Source of the DNA: an uncultured Trueperaceae bacterium
GTDB lineage: Bacteria; Deinococcota; Deinococci; Deinococcales; Trueperaceae
Direction: 5' to 3'
DNA length: 64,000 bases
Assembly: GCA_963815215.1 (NCBI GenBank)
Contig: CAWFFU010000011.1
Coordinates: forward strand, 1 to 64,000
Positions 1 through 9,405 of the stretch are shown here, piece by piece. The notes beneath the pieces are model-generated. The model was not told the origin of the DNA, ran no database searches, and saw nothing but the letters and a program-made list of their open reading frames with translations. Each line of letters starts with the position of its first letter. The stretch's first letter is position 1. The position numbers were made by a program, and so were the translations under genes.

Positions 1-1
1 C

Positions 2-199
2 CTCTACCCGGCGCTGAAGCGCCTCGAGAAGCTGCGGGCGATCGAGGGCCGCTGGGAGTCGAGCGACCGCGGCGGCGCCGCCCGCAAGTACTACCACCTC
101 ACCGACGACGGCCACGCCCTGCTCGCCCGCAAGCGCGAGGAGTGGAGGGATCTGCGCGACGCCCTCGAGGTCTTCCTGACCAAGGGGAACCTGGCATGA
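2..199 (+). CDS. PadR-family transcriptional regulator (5'-truncated by window edge)
   Basis: Frame 2 reads LYPALKRLEKLRAIEGRWESSDRGGAARKYYHLTDDG...EWRDLRDALEVFL*, the PadR LYPxLxRLE...RKYYxLT signature; stop overlaps the next ATG (ATGA). Confidence 0.85.
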   Translation, partial: LYPALKRLEKLRAIEGRWESSDRGGAARKYYHLTDDGHALLARKREEWRDLRDALEVFLTKGNLA

Positions 200-1116
200 C
201 CCCCGTCGACCGCTACATCCGCCGCGCCACCATGGGCATGCCGCGTCGCGAGCGGCTCGACACGGCGGCGGAGCTCCGCGTGCACCTGAACGAGCGCGTG
301 CGCGAGCTGCGGAAGCAGGGCTTCGCCCGCGAAGAGGCAGAGCATCTCGCCGTCCAGTACATGGGCCCGGTCGAGCCCGTCAACAGGCGCTTCCTCGGCC
401 ACATCTTCACCGCTCCGGTCGGCTGGGCCACCGCGGCCCTGCTCGTGGTCGGCTTCGCGGGCTGGTTCGGCGCAACGCACCTCTTCGCGCCGCCCGAGGT
501 CGCCCGCCCGCACGACGCCGCCCTCGCGGACGTGGCGCCGTTGCTCGGGGAGTTCAAGGCCGTCGACGTGACGCTGCCGCGCAAGGCCTACAGCTTCGTG
601 CTGGCCGTCACCCGAGGCGATTCCCGGCTGGTCGACTTGAGTGGGCGAGCGCGCGACCTCTCCGCGTCTGCGTTGCGTCCCAACCAGCGCCCGGCAGCGA
701 CCCTCGTGATGGGCTTCCCGGCCGCCGCCGGCACCGCGGCGTGCGGCGAGAGCGGCCGCACCTTGGTCCTGTCGAAGCGCGGCGGCTCCGGCCTCACCGC
801 GTGCGTCCGGTTGCCCGAAGGAGCGACCACCGGGGCCTGGCGCGATTTCACGATCGGCGGCCTGCCGGTGGTGTACGACACCTGGCAACCGCTCCTCGCC
901 TACCTCCCCAGCGTCTTGAAGCTGGAGGGCGACGGGCTCGAGCCAACCGCGGGCGGCAGTGCCGGCACACCGCATACCGTCCCGCCGGACTCCTGGCTCG
1001 TCCTCTCGCTCTGGACCTCGCGGGCGCCGCTCGAGGAGCTGGACGGCCCACCGCCCCCACCGAGCATCGAGGAGCTCGTCAAAGCGCACCCCGGCGAGTT
1101 CCCGTCCCAGAACTGA
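196..1116 (+). CDS. Permease-prefix-domain membrane protein
   Basis: MTPVDRYIRRAT...AELRVHLNERVRELRKQGFAREEAEHLAVQYMG is the helical prefix typically found after PadR; one TM segment then a soluble domain; ATGA coupling to PadR. Confidence 0.75.
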   Translation: MTPVDRYIRRATMGMPRRERLDTAAELRVHLNERVRELRKQGFAREEAEHLAVQYMGPVEPVNRRFLGHIFTAPVGWATAALLVVGFAGWFGATHLFAPPEVARPHDAALADVAPLLGEFKAVDVTLPRKAYSFVLAVTRGDSRLVDLSGRARDLSASALRPNQRPAATLVMGFPAAAGTAACGESGRTLVLSKRGGSGLTACVRLPEGATTGAWRDFTIGGLPVVYDTWQPLLAYLPSVLKLEGDGLEPTAGGSAGTPHTVPPDSWLVLSLWTSRAPLEELDGPPPPPSIEELVKAHPGEFPSQN

Positions 1117-1316
1117 CCACCGGCCCCGTGCCGGTGTCCCGGCCGGGAGACGCACCCCAAGTTCCGTGATCGGAGGTGATAGTCCACAACCCAGCGAGAT
1201 ACGAGTCGTAGCAAGGCGACCGGCGGGGTGGTCTCCCAACCCCGCCGGCCCTCCCATCGAGAGGGAGAACCCCAACGAAGGTCCGTTCGCAGCAGCCCTT
1301 CGAAGGAGGCACCATC

Positions 1317-1593
1317 ATGGGTAGCACATCCGACCCGAACGCGCCCAGTCCCACGCGTCCCGAAGCCACCGCAGCCCAGCCGCCGCCGTCCCAGGCGACA
1401 GTCGGCCCGCCTGGCCTTCAGCGTCCAGGACGCCGCCGAGGCCCTGGGCCTGAGCGTCGACACCGTCTACGAGCTCGTGCGCGGCAACAAGCTGCCGCAC
1501 AAGCGCATCGGCCGCCGCATCCTCATCCCCTGCCGCGTCCTCGAGACATGGATCAATGCCCAGGACGCGTGGGCCTCCTTCGATGGTTCCTAG
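1317..1593 (+). CDS. Excisionase-like HTH protein (apparent frameshift near 1405)
   Basis: RBS GGAGG and ATG at 1317; the HTH LAFSVQDAAEALGLSVDTVYELVRGNKLPHKRIGRRILIP is in another frame from ~1405; directly upstream of the integrase. Confidence 0.75.
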
Positions 1594-1616
1594 ACAATGG
1601 TCCAAGGAGGATCCTC

Positions 1617-2762
1617 GTGGCGAAGCCAGGCCGGCGAGGCAACGGCGAGGGGGGCATCTTCCAGCTCGCGGACGGCGACTGGCGCGGCTTCATCACGCTC
1701 GGCTACGACGCCGACGGCAAGCAGGTCCGAAGCGCTGCCGTACGGCAAGACGCGCAGGGCGGTCGCCGAGAAGCTCAACGCATCGCGGCGCAGTCCGGCA
1801 GCCGGCTCGATCCAGCGCCCGGAGAAGGTGACCGTCGAGGAGTGGCTGCGGCGCTACGCGGCGCTGCGCCGCGCCGGAGCTGCGGCCCCGCACGCGCGCG
1901 CTCCACGAGCGACTACCTCAACCGCATCGTCGAGGGCGCTGGGCGGCATGCTGCTGCAGCGCCTCACGCCGCTGCACGATCCGGCAGCTTCTACGCCGAG
2001 CTGATGGACGCCGGCCTCAGCCCCTCGACGCGCCAGCACATCCACCACTTCTTCAAGGCGGCGCTGCGGGAGGCGCTCCGGCTCGAGCTCGTCGAGCGCA
2101 CGCCCTTCGACGTGATCGACGCCCCCAAGGGCGGCCGCATCGTCACGCCGCGCGTATGGGACCCGGCCGAGGTCCGCACGTTCCTGGCCGCCGCCGAGGG
2201 CGACCGCCTCTACGGCGCCTTCTATCTGATGGTCACGCTCGGCCTCCGGGTCGGGGAGACGATGGCGCCTGCAGTGGAAGGACCTGGAGGGCGAGCGCCT
2301 CCACGTCCGCAGGACGGTCACGTTCGAGGGCAACACGCCCGTCTTCGGCCCGCCCAAGACCCGCCGAGGCGACCGCGTCATCTACCTCGGCTCCGACGTC
2401 CAGCGGGTCCTCGACCAGCAGCGCGAGACCCAGGCGATGGAGCGCTACGATGGCGCCGCGCTGGAAGGACCTCGACCTCGATCTTCAGCACCAGCGTCGG
2501 GCACCCTGGTGGAGACGCACAACGTCCGCCGCAGCTTCCGGCGCCTGGTCGAGGCCGCCGGCGTTCCCATGATCCGCGTCCACGACCTGCGCCACACCTA
2601 CATCACCCTGGCGCGCGACGCCGGCCTCGACGCCGAGGTCGTCGCCGAGCGCGTCGGCCAGGACGTCCGCGTGACCATGAAGATCTACTCCAAAGTCACC
2701 GAAGCCGCAAGCGCAAGGCGGCCAAGACGTTAGGAGAGCTCCTCGATGACAAGCCAAGCTAA
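1617..2762 (+). pseudogene. Tyrosine recombinase/site-specific integrase with multiple frameshifts
   Basis: AGGAGG then GTG 1617; N-term RRGNGEGGIFQ; motifs GLRVGE, PKTRRG, RVHDLRHTY, TMKIYSKV spread across all three frames. Confidence 0.8.
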
Positions 2763-2780
2763 CGGCTGCTTTTCGGCAGC

Positions 2781-2884
2781 TACCCTCCCCCATCATGAGC
2801 CCACTCCACCCCACCCCACCTGCGGTGGACCTACCCCTATCCCCCGTCACCCATGCAGTTCCCAACCCCACCCCACTCACCCCA
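2781..2884. repeat. C-rich (CCCCA-like) low-complexity tract between integrase and att core
   Basis: cccactccaccccaccccacc ... cccaaccccaccccactcacccc. Confidence 0.55.
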
Positions 2885-2900
2885 GAAGTGCCGGGACGAC

Positions 2901-2946
2901 TTTAGCAAGCGAAGGGTCGCCGGTTCGAATCCGGCAGGCTCCACCA
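2901..2946 (+). mobile_element. att site: displaced 3' half of a tRNA-Ala
   Basis: TTAGCAA-GCGAA-GGGTC-GCCGG-TTCGAAT-CCGGC-AGGCTCC-A-CCA gives anticodon loop, 3' stem, variable loop, T-arm, Ala-type acceptor 3' strand and CCA; no 5' half or D-arm upstream; adjacent to the integrase. Confidence 0.8.
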
Positions 2947-3194
2947 AAGAAACCCGCGTCAGAGACGCACTAGGGCACGCCGAAGGGTTAGGGGCGTGCC
3001 CTCCCCCATCTCGGCTGGCACCTGTTCGGCACCTGCGAATGACAACGCTGCGGGCGAATCGTGAGCGGCCGGCCCCCGTCCAGTAATACGGGGAGCAACT
3101 CCAGAAGGGCGTCGATGCTGGCCTGGGCCCAAGGGGACGGAGGCCCAGGCGCCGCGACCATGGTCGGAGCGGACGCCCCAAGCGAGGCCCCCGG

Positions 3195-4853
3195 TCACCC
3201 CCAGAGCCGGCCGATGTCCTTGCGCATGTAGCGTACCGACGCGCCGGCCAGGATCAACGCCGATGCCCCGAGGACGACGAGCACGTTGCCGACGACCAGC
3301 CCGTCCAGCAGAGGCGTGCCGTAGTAGTAGAACGCCGACAGCCTCTGCACGACGGGCGGCCACCCGAGCTCGGGCCCGATGAACGAGATGAAGAACCACA
3401 AGGCGAGCAGGAAGCTCAGGAGACCGCTCTCCAACGCCGCTGCCAGCCAACCCGCGAAGAGGTAGCCGACCGCGGCCATGAGGAGGCACTGCGGCACGAT
3501 CGACAGCACCGCGGCCGTCAGGTGGCCGGACCGAAGGGACAGCCCGACGGCCGCGGACGTCGCGTCGACGGCCGCCAGCGTCACCAGGCCGATGAACAGG
3601 CCGGCCGTGGCAACCGTTGCGTAGCGCGCGAGTAGCACCCGCTGCCGGGCGCGCGGCGTGGAGAGGATGAGGTCCTGTCGTCCCTCCTCCTCGTCCGCCG
3701 CCCAGCGGCTCGCCTGGGTCACCGCGAAGACCATGATCAGCAGCGGCAGGAACGCGAACAGGGCGCCGAGGAGCGCCTCGTTGACGCGGGTCGCGCCTCC
3801 GCCGAACGCGGTGAGCACCAGGCGCAGCTGTGGCGAGTCGGCGATGAGCGTCTGCAACTGGACCGCGAGTTGCTTCGTCGCCACGATCGTGAACGCCGCG
3901 AAGCCCGCGATCCCGAGCGTCCACCACAGGGTCGGCGCAACGATCGTCGCCAGGCCACGCGCGTAGAGCGAGCGCAGCGACCAGCCGTCGCGGAGCTGCG
4001 CCGGGGGACGCACTCCGTTACGGGGTCGGCCCCCCGTCCGCCGTAACAGCCGAACGCACGACCCGACGTCGCGCCCGACGAAGAGCGCGACCGCGACCCC
4101 GGTGAGGGCGGCCGAGATCGCGACCAGCAGGAGCATCGCCCAGGGATCGGAACCGAACGACGGTACGAGAGGCTTGCTCAGGTTGTAGTAGTACACCGGC
4201 GAGAGCGCGCTCAACCAGGCCGTGCCGGGGATGGTGCGGTGCAGCATGTCGAGCACGATGAAGGCGAACAGCAGGCCCCCCGTCGCTCCCGCGGCCGTCC
4301 TCGCGCGCTCGGTGAACTGCCCGATCGCCAGCGCGAAGCTGCCGAAGACGCCGCAGATCAGGGCGAGGTTCAAGCCGTAGAGCAACGCGTCGACCAGGCT
4401 GTAGGCGGCGTGCGCGCTCGACCCCCCGAGGTAACCGATCAGCGAGGCGAGCAACGCCATCGCCAGCAGGCTGGTCCAGACGGCCGCCACGCTCTCGAGC
4501 GCGACGCGGAGGCGTCCGCGCGGAACGGAGAGCAGGACGTCCATCGAGCCACGCTCCTCGGCGCCCCGCAACACGCGGGCGGACGCGATCAACGGCCAGA
4601 TCGCCATCATCAGCACGGTGAAGCCCAGCTTCCAGGTGGCATAGCCGCCGACGGTGGTCACCGCCACCGGATCGGCCGCCCAACGGAACGACTGGGTCAT
4701 GGACGCGAGCGCCTGCTTCGCCCCCGGAGCCGCCATCACCGACCCGACGGTGGCCTGGACGGCGAGGAGGAGCAGCCCCATCCCGACGCCCCAGCCGACG
4801 ACCGCGCCCCGGCCCTCCCGGAGTGTCTTGCCGTAGACGCTATGCCACCACAT
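3195..4853 (-). CDS. ABC-2 type exporter permease (duplicated halves)
   Basis: ~12 TM; repeated EERGSMDVLLSVP / EEEGRQDLILSTP and LSPVYYY / LSAFYYY motifs. Confidence 0.85.
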   Translation of the reverse strand: MWWHSVYGKTLREGRGAVVGWGVGMGLLLLAVQATVGSVMAAPGAKQALASMTQSFRWAADPVAVTTVGGYATWKLGFTVLMMAIWPLIASARVLRGAEERGSMDVLLSVPRGRLRVALESVAAVWTSLLAMALLASLIGYLGGSSAHAAYSLVDALLYGLNLALICGVFGSFALAIGQFTERARTAAGATGGLLFAFIVLDMLHRTIPGTAWLSALSPVYYYNLSKPLVPSFGSDPWAMLLLVAISAALTGVAVALFVGRDVGSCVRLLRRTGGRPRNGVRPPAQLRDGWSLRSLYARGLATIVAPTLWWTLGIAGFAAFTIVATKQLAVQLQTLIADSPQLRLVLTAFGGGATRVNEALLGALFAFLPLLIMVFAVTQASRWAADEEEGRQDLILSTPRARQRVLLARYATVATAGLFIGLVTLAAVDATSAAVGLSLRSGHLTAAVLSIVPQCLLMAAVGYLFAGWLAAALESGLLSFLLALWFFISFIGPELGWPPVVQRLSAFYYYGTPLLDGLVVGNVLVVLGASALILAGASVRYMRKDIGRLWG

Positions 4854-5757
4854 CGTCCACGTCCCGGTAGTAGCGCAGGAAGATCTCCTCCAGGCTCGGC
4901 TCGTGCGTCACGAGGGTCACCACCGGGTACCGCGCGGCGACCTTCACCACGCCATCGAGTTCCCCGGTCACTGCGACGCGGAGCGTGAGGCCGTCGTCAA
5001 GCGCCTCCACGGCGTCGACCCCCGAAACGGCCTCGAACGCAGCCGCGGGAGCCGGGCGCGCGAAGCTGATGGTCACGGTGTGCCGCTTGATGTCCTTGAG
5101 CTCGGCGATCCCGCCGACCCGTACGAGGCGCCCCTCCCGGATGATCGCCACGCGGTCGCAGGTATGCTCCACTTCGCTGAGGACGTGCGACGACAGGAAG
5201 ACGGTGCTGCCCGCCTCCCTCGACTCGGCCACCAACCGGTGGAACTCCTGCTGGTTGATGGGGTCGAGCCCGGAGGTCGGCTCGTCCAGGATGAGGACGC
5301 GCGGCCGGTGCATGAACGCCTGGACGAGCGCCACCTTGCGCTTGTTTCCGGTGGAGTACTGTCGGAACCGACGGCTCGTGTCCAGTTCGAACCGCTCGAC
5401 GAGCTCCCGCAGGTACGCACGGTCCACGCCGCCGCGAAGGTGCGCGAAGTACTCCAGGATCTGCCCGCCGGTCAACGCCGGGTCGAGCGAGGGCTCGCCG
5501 GGCGCATAGCCGACGAACCGCTTCACCGCCACGGAATCGCGCCAGCTGTCCATCCCGGCGATGCGGGCGCTGCCCGCGTCCGCGCGCAGCAGCGCCATGA
5601 GTAGGCGGATCGTCGTGGTCTTCCCCGCCCCGTTCGGCCCGAGGAACCCGAACACCTCGCCCTCGTCGACCCGGAATGACAGGTCGCTGACGCCTCGCGC
5701 TCGTCCGTAGGACTTCTGCAGCTCGTGCACATCGATGATGGGATCCACCCGGGTCAC
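4840..5757 (-). CDS. ABC exporter ATP-binding protein
   Basis: Walker A GPNGAGKTT, signature YSTGNKRK, Walker B LILDEPT; GTG start overlapping the TetR stop. Confidence 0.9.
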   Translation of the reverse strand: MTRVDPIIDVHELQKSYGRARGVSDLSFRVDEGEVFGFLGPNGAGKTTTIRLLMALLRADAGSARIAGMDSWRDSVAVKRFVGYAPGEPSLDPALTGGQILEYFAHLRGGVDRAYLRELVERFELDTSRRFRQYSTGNKRKVALVQAFMHRPRVLILDEPTSGLDPINQQEFHRLVAESREAGSTVFLSSHVLSEVEHTCDRVAIIREGRLVRVGGIAELKDIKRHTVTISFARPAPAAAFEAVSGVDAVEALDDGLTLRVAVTGELDGVVKVAARYPVVTLVTHEPSLEEIFLRYYRDVDDVVA

Positions 5758-6482
5758 TCCTTCGCGTCGCCCTGCTGCCCGAAGATCGCGTTGGTCTGCT
5801 CGAGCCACTCGGCGATGATGCGCTTGCCGACGGTGCTGTCGCCGACCGGGCGGGAAGGCTCGAGCCAGCGCCGCATGAGATCGGAGAGCGCTTCGGTCAG
5901 CTCGTCCGGGGTCGGCGCGCGCACGGCCGGCGCGAACGAGCCCGCATCGATGATGCCGATCTTCAACGACGTGATGAAGAACGACACGAGGTGGGGCGGG
6001 AGGTCGCTCCGGATGAGCCCTACTCCCTGCAGGCGCTCGATCTGCGATTCCGAGTTGCCGAACAGCTCGGAGACGGTGCCGGAGTCGAGCGAGTCGACCA
6101 GCCCACGCAGGATGTCGTTCCGCCCCGACATCACCGCCGCCAGCAACGGATTCGAATAGATGGCGACCATGCCGTGCGTCCACAGCCGGTAGAACTGGCC
6201 GCCCTCCGGGTCCGCCGTGACGCGCCGCATCATGTCCTCGGTCACCTGCCGGCTGGCGTGCCAGATGGCCGTCCGGAACAGCTCCGTCTTGTCCTTCCAG
6301 TGCAGGTAGATGGTGCCCTTGCCGACGCCCGCTTCCCGGGCCACGTCGTCTACGGTGGTCTTGAGGTAGCCGTAGCGCGCGAGCAGTGCCGCCGCTGCCT
6401 CGAGGATGCGCACCTCGCGGGCGCTTCGCTCGCTGCCCGCCGTGGCCTGTGTGGTGGTGTTGGCCGATCGCCCGTCCGCCAT
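5754..6482 (-). CDS. TetR/AcrR-family regulator
   Basis: ILEAAAALLARYGYLKTTVDDVAREAGVGKGTIYLHWKDK; RBS GGAGG. Confidence 0.9.
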   Translation of the reverse strand: MADGRSANTTTQATAGSERSAREVRILEAAAALLARYGYLKTTVDDVAREAGVGKGTIYLHWKDKTELFRTAIWHASRQVTEDMMRRVTADPEGGQFYRLWTHGMVAIYSNPLLAAVMSGRNDILRGLVDSLDSGTVSELFGNSESQIERLQGVGLIRSDLPPHLVSFFITSLKIGIIDAGSFAPAVRAPTPDELTEALSDLMRRWLEPSRPVGDSTVGKRIIAEWLEQTNAIFGQQGDAKE

Positions 6483-6518
6483 GGCGCCTCCCTTCGGCCT
6501 CCGTGACTCCTTGACCGC

Positions 6519-6574
6519 ATGACCAGATACGGTCATTTCAGTCACAGCTTGCGCCTTGAAGGTGCTCTTGTCAA
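6519..6574 (-). promoter_or_regulatory. Promoter and palindromic TetR-type operator
   Basis: Minus strand TTGACA (6569-6574), 17 bp, CAAGCT (6546-6551); inverted repeat ATGACC-N6-GGTCAT at 6519-6536. Confidence 0.6.
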
Positions 6575-7917
6575 CCCTCGTCGGGACCGGACGGAAGCCA
6601 GACCCGGAACTCCGCGCCACCGGCCGGGTGATTGCGCGCCCGGGCGCGTCCACCGTGCGCTTCCGCCAGCGCCTTCACGATCGCAAGTCCCAGGCCCGAC
6701 CCCCCTGCCGCGACCCCGGGCTCTGGCGCCGGCGTTTCCCCGGCCCGACCATCCGGTTCCTCAGGACCTCGCGCGTCCCGCGTCCGCGCACGGTCGGCCC
6801 GGTAGAAACGCTCGAACACGCGGTCCTCGGCACCTTCGCCCAGTCCGGGCCCGTGGTCACGGACCCAGATCTCCACGCCCTGCCCGGCCGCCTCCGCGCC
6901 GAGCTCGACCGGCGCGCCGGGCGCGTGGCGGATGGCGTTGTCGACTAGGTTGCCGAGCATCTGCTCCACCCGGTCGGGATCGACCTCGGCCTCGACGTCC
7001 TGTGCGCCGGCATCCAGGCGAAGCACCACCGAAGCGGAGCGCGCCCGCACCGAGAACGCGGCACAGGTACGCTCCAGCAACGGAAGGAGAGCCACTCGCA
7101 CGCGCCGCAGCGACACCGCTCCCACCTCGAGCGAAGACAGCGTCCGCAGATCCTCCACCAGGCGGGCCAGCATCCGGACCTCGCCGTGCAGGCGCGCCAG
7201 CCCCTCGGCATCTGGCAGGCGCAGACCGTCCTGCATGGCCTCGAGCTCGCTCTGGAGCACCGCGATCGGGGTGCGGAGATCGTGCGCGACATCCGCGACC
7301 ATGTCGCGGCGCCACGCCTCCTGCCGCTCCAGCCCCTCCGTGAGCTGGTTGAACGCCCCCGTCAGGACGGCGATCTCGTCCTGCGCGGTGGGCATGCGGA
7401 GGCGAAGGCCCCGCTCTCCCGCCGCCAACCGCCTCGCACCTGCCGTCAGCGCCAACAGCGGTCGGGTCAGGAACCGCGTCACCACCGCGGCGGCGGCCGA
7501 CGCCAGCAGGAACGACAACAGCGCCGCCACGAAGGCCGTCCGCACGACGCGGGCGAAGGCGTCCCGTGCCGCGGCCCCACTCGAGGCGGGCGCAGGCGAC
7601 CCTGCGTCCGCGGACGCGCCCGTGCTGCCGCCGGGGGACGGGGACCGAGCCCGCCACCAGTCCCAGGGGAACGCCTGCGCCGCACGCGAGCCCTCGTTCT
7701 GGAACAGCAACTCGCGGCGCGCCCCGAACACCGCTCCCAGCGTCAGGAACGTCGTGAGCAGCACCGCCGCCAGCGCCACGAAGGCGAACGCGAAGGTCAG
7801 CCGGCGCCGCAGGCCCCAGCGTCGATGGGGTACGTGGCGTCGGGCGCCCCAGGGGCGGTGCCCGTGAGGGCCGCCGTACGTCGGCCACCGGTAGTCACGA
7901 CGTCGATAGGGCGGCAC
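6571..7917 (-). CDS. BaeS-like HAMP sensor histidine kinase
   Basis: 2 TM, HAMP, H-box VAHDLRTP, N-box NLVDNA, DHGPG, FERFYR, GSGLGL. Confidence 0.9.
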   Translation of the reverse strand: MPPYRRRDYRWPTYGGPHGHRPWGARRHVPHRRWGLRRRLTFAFAFVALAAVLLTTFLTLGAVFGARRELLFQNEGSRAAQAFPWDWWRARSPSPGGSTGASADAGSPAPASSGAAARDAFARVVRTAFVAALLSFLLASAAAAVVTRFLTRPLLALTAGARRLAAGERGLRLRMPTAQDEIAVLTGAFNQLTEGLERQEAWRRDMVADVAHDLRTPIAVLQSELEAMQDGLRLPDAEGLARLHGEVRMLARLVEDLRTLSSLEVGAVSLRRVRVALLPLLERTCAAFSVRARSASVVLRLDAGAQDVEAEVDPDRVEQMLGNLVDNAIRHAPGAPVELGAEAAGQGVEIWVRDHGPGLGEGAEDRVFERFYRADRARTRDARGPEEPDGRAGETPAPEPGVAAGGSGLGLAIVKALAEAHGGRARARNHPAGGAEFRVWLPSGPDEG

Positions 7918-7920
7918 TGC

Positions 7921-8595
7921 TCACGCCTCCCGCAGTCGGTATCCGACGCCGCGTACCGTCTCCAGAGCGCCGGCGCACCCGCCGAGCTTCCGACGCAGGT
8001 TCTTCACGTGGGCGTCCACGGTGCGCGCCTCGGCCACATGTTCACCGTCCCCTAGCGCACTCAGCAGTTCCTCCCGCCGCAGGACGCGGCCCGGCCGACG
8101 CGCCAGCTCGGCCAGCAACTGGACCTCACTGGCCGTCGCTGCCACATCGTGCCCCTGACAGGTGACACGGTACCCGTCCAGATCGACGAGCAACCTGCCG
8201 GCGCGGTACACCCGGGCCTCCGTCATCGCGCCGGAGGCGCGCCGCAGCACGGCGCGCACCCGCGCCACCACCTCGCGCGGACTGTACGGCTTCACCACGT
8301 AGTCGTCCGCACCCAGCCCGAGCCCGACCAGGCGGTCGACCTCTTCATCGCGCGCGGTGACCATGATGATCGGAACGGATGACTGTGCCCGCATCCGGCG
8401 CGTCACCTCGAGGCCATCGATGCCCGGCAACATCAGGTCGAGCAGGACCAGGTCGGGCTGCACGGCACGCCACAGCTCAAGCGCACGCTTCCCGTCCTTC
8501 GCCCACTCCGTCGCGTAGCCTGCCTGTCGGAGGTAGTCCTGAAGGATCCCCGCCAACCGCCCCTCGTCCTCCACGATCAAGATCGTCTCGCTCAC
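7921..8595 (-). CDS. OmpR/BaeR-family response regulator
   Basis: ILIVEDE, LLDLMLPGIDG, GADDYVVKPYSPRE, VDAHVKNLRRKL, TVRGVGYR; GTG start with GGAGG. Confidence 0.92.
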   Translation of the reverse strand: MSETILIVEDEGRLAGILQDYLRQAGYATEWAKDGKRALELWRAVQPDLVLLDLMLPGIDGLEVTRRMRAQSSVPIIMVTARDEEVDRLVGLGLGADDYVVKPYSPREVVARVRAVLRRASGAMTEARVYRAGRLLVDLDGYRVTCQGHDVAATASEVQLLAELARRPGRVLRREELLSALGDGEHVAEARTVDAHVKNLRRKLGGCAGALETVRGVGYRLREA

Positions 8596-8675
8596 CGGAC
8601 CTCCAGGGTCCCCGCGCCCACCGGCGCCGCGAGCAACGGGCGGGGTACGCACCAACCATAGCCGGTGACCGCACG

Positions 8676-8714
8676 ATCGGTCCGGGACGCGGGCTTCCCG
8701 CGTCCCGGACCGAT
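8676..8714. terminator. 18-bp perfect hairpin after the SHOCT gene
   Basis: ATCGGTCCGGGACGCGGG-CTT-CCCGCGTCCCGGACCGAT; no U-tract. Confidence 0.5.
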
Positions 8715-8726
8715 GTCTTGGGGCGG

Positions 8727-9158
8727 TCAGCCCTCGAGCGCACGCCGCAGGGCGTGGAACTCCTCCACGGTGATCTCGCCGCGCACCAGACGCAACCGCA
8801 GGAGCTCCAACGCGTCCTGCCCACCGCCGAGCCACCGCTCGAAGGCGCCACCTTCCCTCCCTTCGCCCCCGGCCAGCACAGACCGCAGGCGCTCGAACTC
8901 GGCGGCATCGATCTCGCCACGCGCCAGCCGTGAGCGTGCCTCCTCGACGGCCCCATCGACCTCACGACCGGTGCGGAAGCGATCGTGCCTCCACCGACGC
9001 CAACCTCCACAGCCCCGTGACCGGAAACCGCCCCGCATCACCAGACGGATCACCCATACCACCGCCACGAAGAACAGGATCGTCCCCAGCAGGTTGAGGA
9101 ATCCGAGCCCGAAGCCCCATCCGGGGCCGTAGGCGTGAAACCCGTAGGCCAATGCCAT
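8727..9158 (-). CDS. Membrane protein with two SHOCT domains
   Basis: One TM, then ARSRLARGEIDAAEFERLRSVL and LRLRLVRGEITVEEFHALRRAL; RBS AAGGAG. Confidence 0.85.
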   Translation of the reverse strand: MALAYGFHAYGPGWGFGLGFLNLLGTILFFVAVVWVIRLVMRGGFRSRGCGGWRRWRHDRFRTGREVDGAVEEARSRLARGEIDAAEFERLRSVLAGGEGREGGAFERWLGGGQDALELLRLRLVRGEITVEEFHALRRALEG

Positions 9159-9224
9159 ATGCCTTGCTCCCTTCTCGGGACGCCCCGAGGCCGCGCGAAC
9201 GCGGCCGACGTCCCGGATGAAGCG

Positions 9225-9280
9225 AGGCTAGGAGCGATCGCGTGAAGCGCTCCCCCTTGGCATGTGAACGCAGCGTGAAC
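9225..9280 (-). promoter_or_regulatory. OmpR-type TTCAC direct repeats and -10
   Basis: GTGAA at 9242, 9264 and 9275 (11-bp phasing); minus-strand -10 TAGCCT at 9225-9230. Confidence 0.5.
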
Positions 9281-9405
9281 GGTGAGGTCGGACGCACCGC
9301 CCCGGCCTCGGATCGTGCGGCAACCGTGCCGGCGTCCCGAGCATCGAGGAGGCGCACGTGCTCATCGCTCCGCGCGATGGCCGTGCCCTGGGCCGAAGCG
9401 GTGCG

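Noticed and set aside
1317..2762. 481-aa ORF as a single protein
   Set aside because: It is a mosaic of xis and integrase fragments with out-of-frame stretches; catalytic motifs lie in other frames.
2870..2946. Complete tRNA gene
   Set aside because: No 5' acceptor strand, D-arm or 5' anticodon stem upstream of 2901.
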